Source: Azolla caroliniana
Lineage: Eukaryota; Plantae; Polypodiophyta
Reading direction: 5' to 3'
Length of the DNA: 64,000 nt
Assembly (NCBI GenBank): GCA_043228905.1
Contig: JBHGNT010000021.1
Span: 12,214,001 to 12,278,000, forward strand
Under the pieces are notes generated by a model. The model had not been told where the DNA came from. It saw only the letters and a program-made list of their open reading frames with translations, and searched no databases. Below are positions 46,501 through 61,110 of the stretch, piece after piece. Each line of letters opens with the position of its first letter. Position 1 is the first letter of the stretch. Made by a program: the position numbers and the translations under genes.

Positions 46501-48928
46501 TGAATGTAGACAATAACTAATTGAATTGTTATGTCACTTACTATCCTTTTTTCTTCCAAAAAAAAGAATATACTCCATTAGTTAAAATATACACAAACTC
46601 CATCTCTTTCTTGGGTAGGCCTTGCCTAGACTATCCTATCCTTCATAAGAAATCTCACTTATTTATCCCACTTTCACATGTGTCTCTAGCCATCCTTTCA
46701 TACACATCACCTCCATTCACTATCCCACATGACATCTCTTTCACGCCCCCGTTCAACTAATGGGAGGGCGAAACAACCATTTGGGTACTATATATTGTCA
46801 CCATATATCCATTCCATTTGTTGTGGCCATCGGTGTAGTACACCACCGCTTTCTTAAATTCAGCCTCATTAATTCTGCAGCACCATCAGTACCATCAATC
46901 CGCTCATATTGAGCTCTCAGTGTAGTTATTAGTGTGTGCCAAATTAGCTTAATTGATTCAGCTGGAGGGCGTTTGTTTGCTGAAAATACGTTGGTACACC
47001 TATCCTTTGTTATCGACTACTTATCCTTTATAGAAAACCTATCAAACACGAGGGCTGAACACAAACAAATACAACCAACATTTATGCATAGTTGGGAAAT
47101 TATTAATTAATGGCTGTATTAATGAATTTAAGATTTTATTTTATATTTCCCTTGTCGAATAATATGGCATGTGGTAGTGGAAGCACTATTTGTTTTTGTT
47201 TGCTTGTTTTCCATCCTTTTTTCGCAAATTCATTCAACCCAAATTTGTCTTCATCACAAAGAGTGTTTGTCAAAGAGGGTAGATCATTCAACCTAACGTA
47301 ATATCCTTCATGTTATTCACATGGAAGCTAACAAAATATGTATTAAAAGTGATAAAAAACATGTCCACACATCGTAGTTGATTTGGCAAATGAAGTGTGA
47401 GACAAAATCAATAGATGGTCTCAAAGACAAAGCATTTCCACTTTGATCAACTAAAACAATTGCATATGGGCATTCATGTCTGGCGTTGGTTGTGATAACT
47501 TCAGCTTTTCTCCATCCGTGTCAAAACATGACGGGAAAAACACGAGTCAGCCTAAAGTCAACAGCAACGCCCTCGAAAGAATTACCACAATTAGTTCTTT
47601 CGAGGCTCTATCAACTCCTCTAGCATGTCACAATTCTATCAAGACATTTTCATATGGTTTGATTTTATTTCATTGTTTTAATTCATTACCACGTCATATA
47701 TCTCACCTCGTTTCATAATTTATAAGCACCCAATTGAAGAGAAATTCATTTCTAATCTATGATCATTAGAGTTCCTTTTCAGACACATCTCATCATAGGA
47801 ACTACGATAAAAAAGTCTTACAAAGTTTTCAATAAAAAACCATTTGCATGCTTTTACCTTTGCTTTTTCAAGGTTCGTCTAGTCAAGTAGGATGGTGATA
47901 TATTGAACACTTACATACAAAAATTATGTTCATGTAACAAGGGTTCTAACACCTAGGATTAGAAAGAATTGTCCTATGCAATGAAACAAAACCTTTGCCA
48001 TTCATCATAATCATAGCATTGAATTAAGGACATTATCTTTGTATGACCAAAAATTGAGTGACAATAACAACTTAAGGATATATAAACTCAAAATATGTAG
48101 GTACATATATGGAACCTAACCATTTCCTTTTCTAATAAGTCTCAATTCTATGCCCCCTTAAAAAAGGTGGCATAGTTAATGGGTTTTAATGATAATCCCA
48201 TCGTGGTTAATGAGATTATCCCTCCACTTCACCTTCAATTCACGTGCATCACACCTCTCTTGCTTATCACTATTATGTATATATTTCCTCCCACATGACA
48301 CATATTTTAAGTATGTGCCTTGTTTAGTTTTTCCAAACACAAAAGATTAAATGTCAATATAGGTTATTCATTCTTATTTAAAATTAGGTTAGCACAACAT
48401 TTCTAACACTTGTAATGGTTCCATAAAATTGTTCATTAAGGAAGAGATTAATCTTTTAACAATTTAAATGTATGTCATTACCATAACTCTATAGAATCCA
48501 TTTTATCAATCAAGGGTTTATAGTAGTGGTGCTTAAACTAGCCACCAAAAATGTCTTAAGATCAAGCATGAGGCCAATAGAATCACAAAGCTTTGAAAAG
48601 TGAAATTGCCTCAGTTCCAACTTTATGGAATTTCAAATAATCTAATGTTTATTCTACAAGTTTCTTCAATTTGTTTACAATATCAACGTTAAAGAAAACA
48701 AGGTGCACAACATGGATGCTCTACATGAATGATGTTAAAATAAGCGAACAATACTTATCTCATCATATTAGTAGTAGTAGTATTAGTAGTGTGGGGGATG
48801 GGGGACAGGGATGTATAGTAACGGTTGGCAAGAAGGTCGATGAAGAGGAGAAGGTGAAGGTTGAATCTTACAATGTCATTGGCATCTTACAAAGAGGCAC
48901 ATGCAACATTTTTGTATGTACAATGAGA

Positions 48929-48962
<34 letters not shown>

Positions 48963-48983
48963 GTACGTGTATATGTATGGGTT

Positions 48984-51747
48984 TTAAGTTTTGTGATTTG
49001 AAAGAGTGGGGGATCTATGTTGTTGAATGACAAGGAACGATGATTTTATGTGGGCACTTGCTAAAGCATCCCCCATCACTCCTAATTCCCCTAAGCAATT
49101 ACTGCTCTCTGCTCCCTTCTCAATGTCCCATCCGTGGCCACCCTTTCCCACCAAAACCAATGCAAAATCCTTTGTTCTCGTGATTACAACCCTCACCATG
49201 GCACTTCTCACTTCCTCATCATCATTATACCCATGCTCCTCGTAAACCACTCTCACATGTTTCTTCACTAAAGACAGAGCTTGCTCATCAAGCCCCAAAC
49301 TACAACTATCATCAATATCCCCAACATTTACCACACATGGCAAAAGTCCGTTGTCACTACCACCATTAGTCTTGACAAACCTCATGACATAAACCTCGAG
49401 ACTTGGGTGTTCCGCTAAGAGACAAGCAAAGGCTAGAGCCTCCCTATCATCCGGACCTCCAAAGAAGGCCACGCCTACATGAACAATATTGTGAGGGGGA
49501 GAAGAGGAGAGTTGGGCCGAACCCCACACTTGTTCTCTATCCACAAGAATGCCCACGGAACAAGGGGCATGTTGGAGAACCCTTTGATTCACCCCACTAA
49601 ACCCTTGGTTTTTGTTCTCAATGGACCACCCATCATCCTTGATGTAGATATTGAAGGGCATGATTATGATGGTAGCCCTCTTTTCTGCGGCAATGTTGCA
49701 CACATCCTCGTGCATGTCACTGAGGTCTGACACTACTCTCAACAACTTCGTACGCACCGCACTAAACCTAGCATATCCTTGAAATGCCACAAGAACGGGG
49801 TCCTCATCATGGCCGTTAGTGTCTCTACTCAAGCTCATTATAGAAGATGGTCTGTCCGAGAGCTCGAGGAGGTGCATGGCAAATATCTTGAGACCTTTCT
49901 TCTTATTCTTCTTGAATTGCTTCTTGGTATTGTTATCGTTACATGTACCCTTGCTAAGTGCTTCCACTAGGTTTACGAAGGCCGGGATGGGTTTGGTCCC
50001 ATGGACACATGCTAGGACACGAAGCTCCGCATCAGCCACACGTTTCCCATCCTTGCCCTCGAGCTTTCGATTGAGGTAGGGCAACGGATTCCGTGCGGGC
50101 TTGTATAGTGCCATCACGGCCGGGGTTGTGAAGAAGAGTATGATCAAGCATGTTAGCACGAGGATTGCAAACGTCTGGTCATCCAAGACCTGCAATGCCA
50201 TAGAGTATGGGAACACAAGTTATGAGCATCTATGCTGAAAGAAACAGTGGTCTAGTGGGAACGCTGTCCGTCTACTTTAAGAGGTGAGAGTGAGGCAGAC
50301 TAAAGAAGGTAAAAGATGAGCCCATGGATTTTACTTACCCCAATATCCTTGCCGATGTTGAGGACAATGAGCTCCACTAGGCCCTTGGTGTTCATAAGAA
50401 AGCCAAAAGCAAAGCCTTTGCGTAGGTCCATTTTCATCAACAATGCGGCCGTTACTGTCGCAGAGATCTTGCCGACCGTAGCCGTGAGCACAAGGAGCAC
50501 GAGTAGACCCACGGCCCTCGCACTATCGATGGATCCAAGATTGGTCTTCAATCCACTGGAAGCAAAGAAAAGTGGCAACATCAACACGGTCACAAAGTCT
50601 TCGATCTTCTCGGTGAGCATCTGGGCAAACTTGCCTTCCTTGGGCACAACCAGCCCGAAGACAAAGGCCCCGAACAAGGGGTGTATGCCGATGGCGTCGG
50701 TCGTGAACCCGGCCACGAGCACGGCCACCATGGTGACACACACATAGATCTCTTTCACCGACCCTTCTTCGCCGCTAGCCCGGTGCGCAATCTTGACCAT
50801 GACCTTCCGCGCAATGACGAGCATGAACATGACATACGCGAGGCCTAGGAGCAATACGTAGGCGGGAGTGGCGGGGCTGGAGCTCGGGCCGGCGAGGGCG
50901 ACGCCCACGGCGAGCAAGACCCATGCGCACACGTCGTTGATGGCGGCGGCTGGGAGCACGATCTTGCCGAGCTCCGTGCCCAGGAGCTTGCGCTCCGCCA
51001 TGATTCGCACGAGCACCGGGAATGCGGTTATCGAGATGGGGACGCCAACGAACACAACGAGGGGCGCAAATTTGGCGGATGGGGAGAGGGTGCGGTGGAT
51101 GAGGATGGAGACGGCGACGCCTGCCACGAAAGGGACGGCCACACCCGAGAGGGCTGTGAGCACCGCGTTCCGCCCGCACTTCCGGATCTCTTTCAGGTCC
51201 AGCTCCAGCCCCACCATGAACAAGAAGAAGAGGAGCCCCAGTGTGGACACCGTGTCCAGGGTGGTCAGGCTCTGCTTTGGGAACACCGCCTCCAGGTACG
51301 CTCCGTTCCTTCCCAATCCCGAAGGCCCCAGAAGCACGCCGCCCTATAGAATTATATAAAACACAACATTATTCATACACATTATTGACTCTATACATAT
51401 ACTACATACATACATTCACATACATACATACATTCCAAGGTAAAGTAGAGAGGGCACAGAGCAGAGTAGTGCATGCATGATCATGAGATGTGTAGATAGA
51501 GCGACACTAAACTTACAATGACTTCCGCCAGGACACGGGGCTGATGGAAGGGTTTGATAAAGAAGGCCATGGATCTAGTGGTAGCCAGGACTACCGCGAT
51601 CTGGATGATGAGGAGGGGTAAGGCGAAGTGAGTGGGGTTGTCACCCTGCAGGACCCCATTGGAGACCGCCTGATCCCTCCAAGCATATGATAAGCAACTA
51701 GCATTATTGCCGCTAATATTAGCAGCAGCTGCTACTACCATGATCAT
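48984..51747 (-). CDS. CHX: Cation/H+ exchanger, CHX family (CPA2). Exons 51747-51517, 51343-50339, 50189-48984; ~813 aa
   Basis: DNPTHFALPLLIIQ, QPRVLAEVIGGVLLGPS, SITAFPVLVRI, AAAINDVCAW, GFLMNTKGLVELIVLNIG, APCSVGILVDR, FFGGPDDREAL. Two phase-0 GT-AG introns join the exons in frame. Confidence 0.95.
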
Positions 51748-54700
51748 GGCTATCTATCTATCTATCTATTTATCTGTCTATCTATGTACGTAGATGGATA
51801 GATAGAAAGCAAGCAAGAAGTTCACCATTGACGAGTGCCACCCTGATGGTTGGAGAACCTTCTGTGACATTTATAGAAGAGAAACAGACAGAGAGAATCT
51901 GAATATGGATCAGCATCTCATCAGCGTTTCACTCTCGCAGGAGTAGGAGGAGAGTGAGTCACGGGTGTGGAAAGGAGACAGATGGGACAGAGAGAGACAG
52001 ACAGACAGACAGAGATGGCAGTTGTCTCGATATGGGAGAAGCTTGTCATGTGGTGGACCCCAACCCTAACCTGTCTTTGGCTTCATCTTCGTCTTCTTCT
52101 TCTTCTTCTACCTGCCAAGACTAAAAAAGAGACTAGAAAAGTCAAGGTCCAAAGACCCTTCCCCTCCGACAAGATTGGCCTGATTTCACATGAGCCTGGG
52201 GGGGGGCCCCACCATCGCAAACTTCCGTGTATATATGTATGCCTTTTGTGTCTTCGGGACACTTGGTGCTTAGCCTTTTCAAAATGTGGTGTTGCCTCGC
52301 CCGAAGTGTGTTTGGATGGCAAGAACTTGAAAGCCAAATGGTGTATGTATGTGTAGGTCAAAAGCTGGATAACTAAGTGATTGTTCATGATGCATGCTTG
52401 CTTGATTTAGCCAATACATGCCTACTTGCGGCCAACATTACCCAATGCCTTTTGTTCAAGAGGTGGACTAGCTTATGTGACAAAAGGTAGAGTAACGACA
52501 TCTTCATCTTGACAAAGGTCGAAAAATCACATGAACTTATCATGCCATCAAGACAAACAAACACTCATTCACCACGTGTTGCTCGCAAATTGTTTTTGAT
52601 TCTACGCCCAAGTTAAATAGACCGATCAATTGTAATAATACACACTTTGCTTCCAATAATAATTGAAATAAAGCCATGGTTCAAATGAATATCGACATGG
52701 TGATGGATTTAGTTTTTATTTTTGTCATGTGAATGCCCTTAAAGAATGGGTTGTCAACACTTAATAGGAATCATCTTATCTCGATGAAGATCTAGATTGA
52801 GATATAGTTTCTTCAATATAACATCACTTGTTTTTTATGACAATAATGTTTCATAAACGACAATTACAACAAAAACGTATCATAAACGACAATTATGTCA
52901 AACACGTATTCTAAAGGACAATTACATGTTAGGCCGTTGGAATGTCACCTACATGGGAATCCTTATGGTTTGAGAGGATTATACATTCATAAAATTGAAT
53001 TATGGAAGTCATGGTCCACCATGTTACTTCGAAGAGTTATATAATGAACAAACTCAGTTGATAGATATGGATGTAGCTTTGAAAATTTGAGATTGAGATT
53101 GGATATGTATCCTTCCCGTATGCTAGATGAAATATATCATATAATGTTTTCTCGTAAAGCTAGGAAATTGTGGAAATTGAAAAAGAAAACCTATTTATAT
53201 GTACATATGATGAATTACAAAGGAGCATAGGAAACTGGTGGGATGAGGAATGAAAGTATAAAACCTCCCAAGTAAAGTCATGTGTGTAAAATCCGTTGCA
53301 ATGCATGCACCCATCACTCATTTCAAGGACTTCATTGACTATAAAGGATCACTTTAGGAAAACATTTGGACAAAAAGTGTACGACCCCCCTCTAAGAATG
53401 AGGAAATGATCTTGCCTTATCAACATGACATTAGTGTTATTTTCTAGGGTGTGGATGGCTCATTGCAAAAATCATGGGATTGTGTCGTCGTCATGATTTC
53501 ATCAATATTCCTCAATGAATCATACTCTCTTCATTATTGCATCATTTTCTTAGCATCCCTTGTGTTATGATTCACTTTATGAATATATTGCTCAACTCAT
53601 ATAATTGTATAATCATCATTGACCACCGTTGCAATTTAACTTATCGGCGTATCATGGTCTCTCAAATGTACTTTGGATACAAATACATTTGATGGTAAAC
53701 AAAAGGTTTTATTAGAAAATTTAGTTTGGAGTGTCCGTCAAAGAACGTTATTTAGTTGTTACAATCCATTAGATAAAATCCTTCATGAAAATGAGAATGG
53801 TTTGAAGAGCCATACCTAATTAGACAAAATAGAAAACCTAGTCATTTTCCAAATAATTAAGGCATGGAAAGATTTGTCGTACCTACCATAAGCATCAATA
53901 TCCAAATGAAGCATCATGTATTTGGTTAATAAGTTTAAAATACTACATCACTTACACGGACAGTTATGGATGCACATATAATATTACATCATTACCTCTC
54001 ATCTTTCATCTTTGGGTTGTCTAAATGACTATGTAAAATAGTCAAAGGCCTTTACAAAACCAAGATGCCTCGTGACATTCAATAATACTATAATAACATG
54101 AATAACACTTTAATCTAGATATTCAATAGTGCAAAGTATGTGTATAGTGCATCTGTCATTTCAAGTCATAAATAATGTTGTGAAAAGCTTCTAGGATGAG
54201 GAATTGATAAACAAGGGAAACTGTTTCCATCAAGTTGTTTGTGCACACTTTTCCAAGCTATGCCATTATTAAAGTTCTTGTTAGATATACCTAATAATAA
54301 TACCATTAGAAATAGAAAAAAGTTTCACAAACAAATTACATTAAGATTCCCTTGATATGTGCATATTGGTCCATCCATAGGAGCACTAATTATTGAAGTT
54401 GCCTTCTCTTGAATGTGTTAATTAACCAAATTGTGTCGCTCTCTTAAAGGTTTTGGATGCTATTGAGTTTCTTTTTAAATGCTCATGATCACGTTCTTTC
54501 CCTTTATGAATACATCATCATCATTTTTTCTTGCGGTTTATCGCTCTTGAGTTTTTTAACAAGTCATCAAAACCTTTGGACTCCCTTAATCCACTTCATG
54601 AGCTAATTATCTACCATACTCAGTGAAAGTTTGGTGATTGTAGAATCTTACTTTTCCTAGATGAATCTTACTTTATATACTAGACTTAAGGTTTTCATTG

Positions 54701-55342
54701 GCTTGAGTCCCTCAAGTTCTAATAAGAGCGTTGCCACACTCACCCAGTTCCTCCTATTTTTGTGAGTGTTTTTTAAGTTGATGTGCCCACCACACCAATT
54801 TTTGAAGCCCAAATTGGGTTGAGATTTTGACTACACCTTCTTCAAGATAATGCTCTTGTTTTTGCAAGTACTCTCTTGATCACTTCTCCGACCATTTTTA
54901 TTTCCATCGATCCTCTTTAGGACGATACTCTTGTTTCCGAAGCCCTTCTCTAAGCATGTATCTATCCACTCTTGTTTCTATTGCCATGATGTGGTGTGTG
55001 CAAAGAGAGGAAACAACCTAAAACGCAAGTTCTATAATGGGTTACGGTTTTGGTTGAGAGATCACTTGAACTATAAGGTGTAGGGGTTGAATCTCGTTAG
55101 GGGTAACATAGGGGGAAGGTGATATATGGGTGATGTATGCAATAAAGGTGAAAGGGAGATATACTTTTTGAAGTAATTGAATCTTGAGGAAAAGTTCTAC
55201 AAAAAGAAGTTATTATTTCTGGTAAATACGCTCTTGGAACCTATAAAAGGAGGAGGAGAGCTCATTACCACAAGTTTATCACAAGATGGCAAATCAAGAG
55301 AATACTTAGGAGGCCTATGACGACAAAAGGAGATGTGGAAAT

Positions 55343-58300
55343 TGTAAAGAATTGAGTGTGATTCTATGCAGTAGAATAGATTAAGGATTTGTGTTATGTG
55401 TGTGTGTGTGTGTGAGGAGAGGAGAGGAGAGGAGAGAAACACAAGATAGATAGATAGGAAAAATGAAATACTCAAGAAGATGTATGTATTAGGAAGTGGA
55501 GAACAATTACAACAATATGAATACTACAAAGGAGATTCACTGACACATTACAAAGTAGGAGGGTGCTTTATATAAGGCCACCCTCTCTCTACATTCTCTC
55601 ATTTAAACGTCCACTCTCTCTCTAGAACCTTGGGGAATGTGGGAACTCATTAGTTATGGGGAATATGGAACTCATTAGTTATGTGTCATAGAATATGATT
55701 CTATGACACATAGTTAATGCGTAGAAAGTAGTAGTGACATTTGACCTTTGAGTGCTCATAGATTCTCAAAAGGTGTGTTCACACACTAGATAGGTTGAGC
55801 TTGATTCTTAACACGCCCCCTCAAGCTCAACTTTGGTTGGCTTTTGGCGTTCGGTCTTCCTATGGTGTCCATCTCAGTTGATGTCAGCTTCGGATGAAGT
55901 GATAATGCACTTCAATATGCTTTGTGTGCACGTGGAACACCGGGTTCCGAGCCAAATGCATACTGCTCATGTTGTCACAGTAAAGGGGAATCAAATCCTT
56001 GATGGGAATACCCAGATCCTTCAATATTCTCCTAAGCCAAATGGCTTCGCATGCAACTACAACCGGGAGGTGCCCCCCCTTTGTTGTTCCAAGCATTATC
56101 ATGGTTTGCACAGTTGTCATCTTTGCCACCGAAGCAAAGGTCTCTTCATAGTCGACTCTATGTGTCAGTGCGTAACCTTTTGCTACGAGTCGAGATTTGT
56201 AGCGGTTGACGGAGCCTCAACATTATACTTCACATTTTATATCCATCTACAATCGATTGCCTTCTTGTGAGGCGAGTGAGGGATGAGATCCCATGTCTCG
56301 CCCTTACTAAGAGCTTGCGTCTCCTCGCTCATCGCTTCGACCCATCGCGGATCTGTAGTGGCTTCGGAAAAACTTTCTGGTTCTTGAACTGTCACCACCT
56401 TCATCATAAAGGCATAATGATATGCCATATAGTCGTTGTAGCCTAATCAACAAACCAGATTCTCCTCTTGGGTGGAGCGTGGGAGTTTTTCATTTTCCGT
56501 GGCAATGACATTCTGCACACTAGGTTTCCTCATAATAGGCACATCAAAACCACTGAGCTCACTGTCGAGCGAGTGAACTAATTTGTTGCCGTTGGATTGA
56601 TACTCTTCATATTTTGACATTTTTGCTTTTCCTTTGTCCGATTTTGGACTTGGTCGTGACATGCTTTGCTTGCTTGGAGGCTCTTGTGGTCCGCTCAATT
56701 TGGTTGAGATCGAATTCTCTTCAGGTATTGACCTTAGTTAATCATTGTCCTTTGCGTCATCAAGGTCGACCAGAAATGGTTTGGGTGGAGTTGGCTAGGG
56801 TCCGTACCAAGATGTCGATTCCTCAAAGATTACGTCCCGACTTATGCGAACCTTCCGAATAGAGGGTTTGAAGCATTTGTACCGCTTTTGCTCTAGTGAG
56901 TATCCTATGAGGATACACTTCTTTGATTTGGGATCTAGCTTTTGTCACTTTTCGTCGGGAATGTGCATGAATGGAATAGAGCCTAATATCCTGACGTGGG
57001 ATAGGTTACATCGTGCACGCCGGATGTTGCACATCGGTTCATTAGGTAGATGGTTGGGCACGTTGCTTCGGCCCAATATGATTTTGGTAGATTCTTTTGT
57101 TCATCATTGCCCTTGCTACTTCGAGGATGTGCCAATTTTTGTGTTCGGCCACTCCGTTTTGTTGCGGTGTGTGTCCGCACGTAAACTCTCGCTGAATTCC
57201 TTCTTTCTAGAGATAAGCCGAAAATTCGTTGGAGAAGTACTCTTTTCCTCCGTCTGACACAAGACATCTAACATGCCGACCTATTTCCTTTCTGACTCCA
57301 CTTTTGAATTTTTGGAAGTGTGCGAACACTTCACTCTTCTGCCTCATGGGGAAGATCTAGGTGTGTTTGGAAAAGTCGTTGATGAATGTGACATAGTATC
57401 AACATCCTCCGAATGTTGCCTTCTGAGATGGACCCCACACATCTAAGTGGATTACGTCTAAGAGGCCTTTGCTTATGTTTCTTTCTTTTGGAAACGGTTG
57501 CCGATGTTGTTTGCCAAATTGGCAAGCTTAAAATACACCTTCAATCTGTTTGTCTTTGAAGGTCGGGAGCCCGATGATGAATCCTCTCGATTGCATCATT
57601 TGAGTTTCTAGAGATTGATGTGCCTGATTCTTTTGTGCCATAGCTCTATGTCCGAGTCGAGATTTTGACCTTTTGTGAACATGGCTAATTTTATCTCGTT
57701 CGACTCGAGGATAAACATTTGGCCTTCTCTCTGACCACGAGTGATGAGTTGGCTCGCCTTTTCGATGAAGCAACCCCCTTGGTTTAATTGAACTTGCTCC
57801 ACAATTTGGCCGACTGAGACCAAATTCTTCGTGATAGTTAGTACATGCAAGACATTCTTAATGTATGCTTGGTTGCCTTCTTTGCCGAATGGGACATCGC
57901 CAATGTCTCAAATTGGATGAGTAGTGTCGTCTTCGGTCTTGACATAGCCAGGTCGATCCGGCTCTTGTAGGTCCCGAAACCATTCTTGATGGGACATCAT
58001 ATGGTTTGCGGCGCTAGAGTAGACAAACCATACTCTTTTGGATTGGAAGTACTAGTCGGAGTAGAGGCCGACATAGAATTTTATCTATGTCTCATCATGA
58101 ACATTCTGCCATGGTCATCATAGTCGGAGTTGGTGGCGTAATCAGTGAGTTGTCGGCTTGTGGAAGCGGAATCACGCTTCTTCTTTCGGCACTCTTCTTC
58201 ATGGTGGCTGATTTTACCGCAATATCTGCATTTGATTGAGTTGTTTTGTTGGCTTGGACCGGCATTGAAGCTCCCCCTTCTTCCGAATGTTCCTAGTTTG

Positions 58301-60000
58301 TTTCTATTTTCTTTCCGAAATTGGGAGTTGTTTTCATAGGTGGGACCTCGTTCGCCTCGTCCTTGGCCAAATAAACCTCTTCTTGCTCGATGATGTCATT
58401 TTCCTTCGTCCGAGTGTGTGTAGAGCATTTGACTTGCTGAGGTGTTGTTCTTGGTTCGAACATGGTTTTCTTCAACCAATAACATTGATTAAAGATCAAA
58501 GAAAGAGGGAGGATTCTTCCTTGCTAGGATGATGGTTCTCATCACGCTGAACCATGGTGTGAGGCCGCTTAGCCATATTTGCACCATCTCATCATCCTCC
58601 ACGCTGACGCTTATTGAGCCGAGTGAGTGACAATGCTCCTTGATCTTCAAGGTGTAGCTTGTGATGGACATATTCTTTTGTTGGATATTGTTCAACTCTT
58701 GGGGGAGTTGAAACTTTCGTGCCGTCATATTGGCAGCGAATATCTTCTTGAGATTCTCCCAAGCTTCTTTCATCGTCTTGGCTTCCCGAATGTAGCCAAG
58801 CATGTGGTCATGGACACATGTCACCAAGCAATACATCACTAAGCTTGCAGCTTGCTTCCATGTTGAGTATTTAGGATTTGTTAGGTCGAGTTTATTTTCT
58901 TGTGCTCCTTGAAACTTTTGCGCCGTCATATTGGCGGTGAATATTTCCTGAGATTCTCCCAAGCTTCTTTCGGCGTCTTGGTTTCCCGTATGTAGCCAAG
59001 CATGTGGTCATGGACACATGTTGCCAAGCAATACATCACTCGGCTTGCGGCTTCCTCCCATGTTGAGTATTCGAGATCTATTGGGTCGGGTTTATTTTCT
59101 TGTGCTCCTTGAAACTTTCGTGTCGTCATATTGGCTGCGAATATCTTCTTGAGATTCTCCCAAGCTTCTTTCGACGTCTTGGCTTCCCAAATGTAGCCAA
59201 GCATGTGGTCATGGACAGATGTCAGCTTGCGGCTTGCTCCCATGTTGGGATCCATTGGGTCAGGTTTATTTTCTTGTGCTCCTTGAATGTAGCCCTAATG
59301 GCATTGTCCGACAAGGTATTGGTGCATCTTGTATTCCCAAGATGCAAAGTTGTTTCGATCCAACTTCTTACTTGGAAGAGAGCTACCCATTTGAGTATTC
59401 ATGATGGTCAATGTAGATTTTCCTTCTTCTTTTTCTTCTCTCTCGGACACAAGCTATGTAATAGCACTACGGTAGCGATGAGCCAATTCGTCTTGAATTG
59501 TCAACGTAGGACACAACACACGAGGATGGGTTAGATCAAGCTACCAAATCACTCTTATACCATGTAAAGAATCGAGTATGATTCTATGCAGCGGAATAGA
59601 TTAAGGATTTTTGTTATGTTGTATGTGTGTGTAAAGAGGAGAAGAGAGAAACACAATATAGATAGATAGGAAAAATGAAATACTGAAAAAGATGTATGTA
59701 TTAGGAAGTGGAGAATAACTACAACAATACGAATATTATAAAGGAGATTAACCAACATATTACAAAGTAGGAGGGTGCTTTATATAAGGTCACCCTCTCT
59801 CTACAATCTAGCACTAAAACGCCCACACACTCTCTAGAACCTTGGGAACGTGGAAAATCATTAGTTATGTGCCATAGAATATGATTCTATGACACATAGT
59901 TAATGTGTAGAAAGTAGTGGTGACATTTGACCTTTGAGTGCTCATAGATTCTCAAAAGGTGTGTTCACACACTAGACTAGGTTGAGTGTGATTCTCAACA
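55343..60000 (-). mobile_element. Ty1/copia element with both LTRs, degenerate, most of RT deleted
   Basis: LTRs 59563-60000 and 55343-55813; Met-type PBS TGGTATAAGAGT; PPT TTGAGGGGGCG; TSD GAAAT/AAAAT; gag, GAG-pre-integrase (LWHKRIRH), integrase and RT/RH remnants. Confidence 0.9.
58710..59286 (-). repeat. Three tandem ~200-bp copies within copia gag
   Basis: GAAACTTT..GTCATATTGGC...TAGCCAAGCATGTGGTCATGGAC recurs at ~58710, ~58911 and ~59111. Confidence 0.85.
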
Positions 60001-60913
60001 AAAATCATAGACTCGCTATGCCTAAACTTAAGGATCTCCTTCTAACAGTCTTTTGTTTTCTTTACCTCTCATCATCTTAATCTCTCATATGATATATAAC
60101 AAGGTGATCTTTATTGTAAAAACAATTGTAGCTTGATATGAAACTTTTCGGTGTTCTTGTAAGGGTTTTGATTATTGTTGAAACATTTTTGTATCTTAAT
60201 CTTGAGCATTTGGAAATTATCGTAAGTTGTTAGAATTTTTTTAATGTTATGCATCAAAATTAATGCATTTGGGAAAAGGAAGTTGTAAATTTTGCTCTAA
60301 GGAGTTGAATTTTTGTCTTAGAAATCTGAGCACAAAGAAAAATGATATATGCTAAATTGTCTTAATTTGATGGGAGGTAAATTTCAGATTCGCACATTGA
60401 GATGTTCGGCATGTCAATGTCTTGAGGATTCCACGATGTTTGTGGCAAGCTTCTACTTTTGTTGTAATACATAGTTTCGTGTGTTACTTTACCCAAAAGG
60501 TTCGGTAAAAGAGTGTGCATAAAGTTTTCATCATGTAACCCTACTAAGGGAAAAGAGGAGGCACAATTGTCCTCTAAAAAGAGGAGTTGATGTGTGGAAA
60601 GATAGCTGGATCAATTAGGTGCTCCCCTACGTAGAAGATCTGACATGAGGGGAGAGTGCTTGATAGATCACATGCTTTGCAAGGAGAAGGACAAAGGGAG
60701 AGTGAAGGAGCCAAGCCACGATCTCATTGCTAATCTTAGGCTTGACCACTAGAGACTAGGTTTCACACCATTTTACCCTTCTAACCTACCTTTCCTACCC
60801 ATTCACATTGATATGCTCCCACGTTCATTACTCACACACATAGGATTTACCTTTTTCCCTCCAAATTCCTCTTAGACAAAACATACATGTATTAATATAT
60901 AAACACACTGACA

Positions 60914-60914
<1 letters not shown>

Positions 60915-60973
<59 letters not shown>
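60915..60973. repeat. (CA)n microsatellite
   Basis: Long AC dinucleotide run. Shorter runs at ~48929-48960 and ~26756-26781; (TATC)n at ~51750-51785. Confidence 0.95.
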
Positions 60974-60974
<1 letters not shown>

Positions 60975-61110
60975 GTACCCATATACTTACAAGTTACACA
61001 TATACATACTCACGCCCATACACAGAGACAATTTTCCATACATGAATATGCACATACATATATATATAGTGTACACATATACACATACACACACTAAAAA
61101 AATACATATC

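Noticed and set aside
46375-47055. Possible Tourist/PIF MITE (GGGTTTGTTTGG ... CAAACAC)
   Set aside because: No convincing matched TIR pair with a 3-bp TSD could be found.
50316-51480. Several plus-strand ORFs over the CHX gene
   Set aside because: Antisense shadows of the GC-rich CHX exon 2.
52400-55340. AT-rich region upstream of CHX with faint coding-like stretches
   Set aside because: No recognisable motifs or termini; probably promoter plus highly decayed TE sequence.
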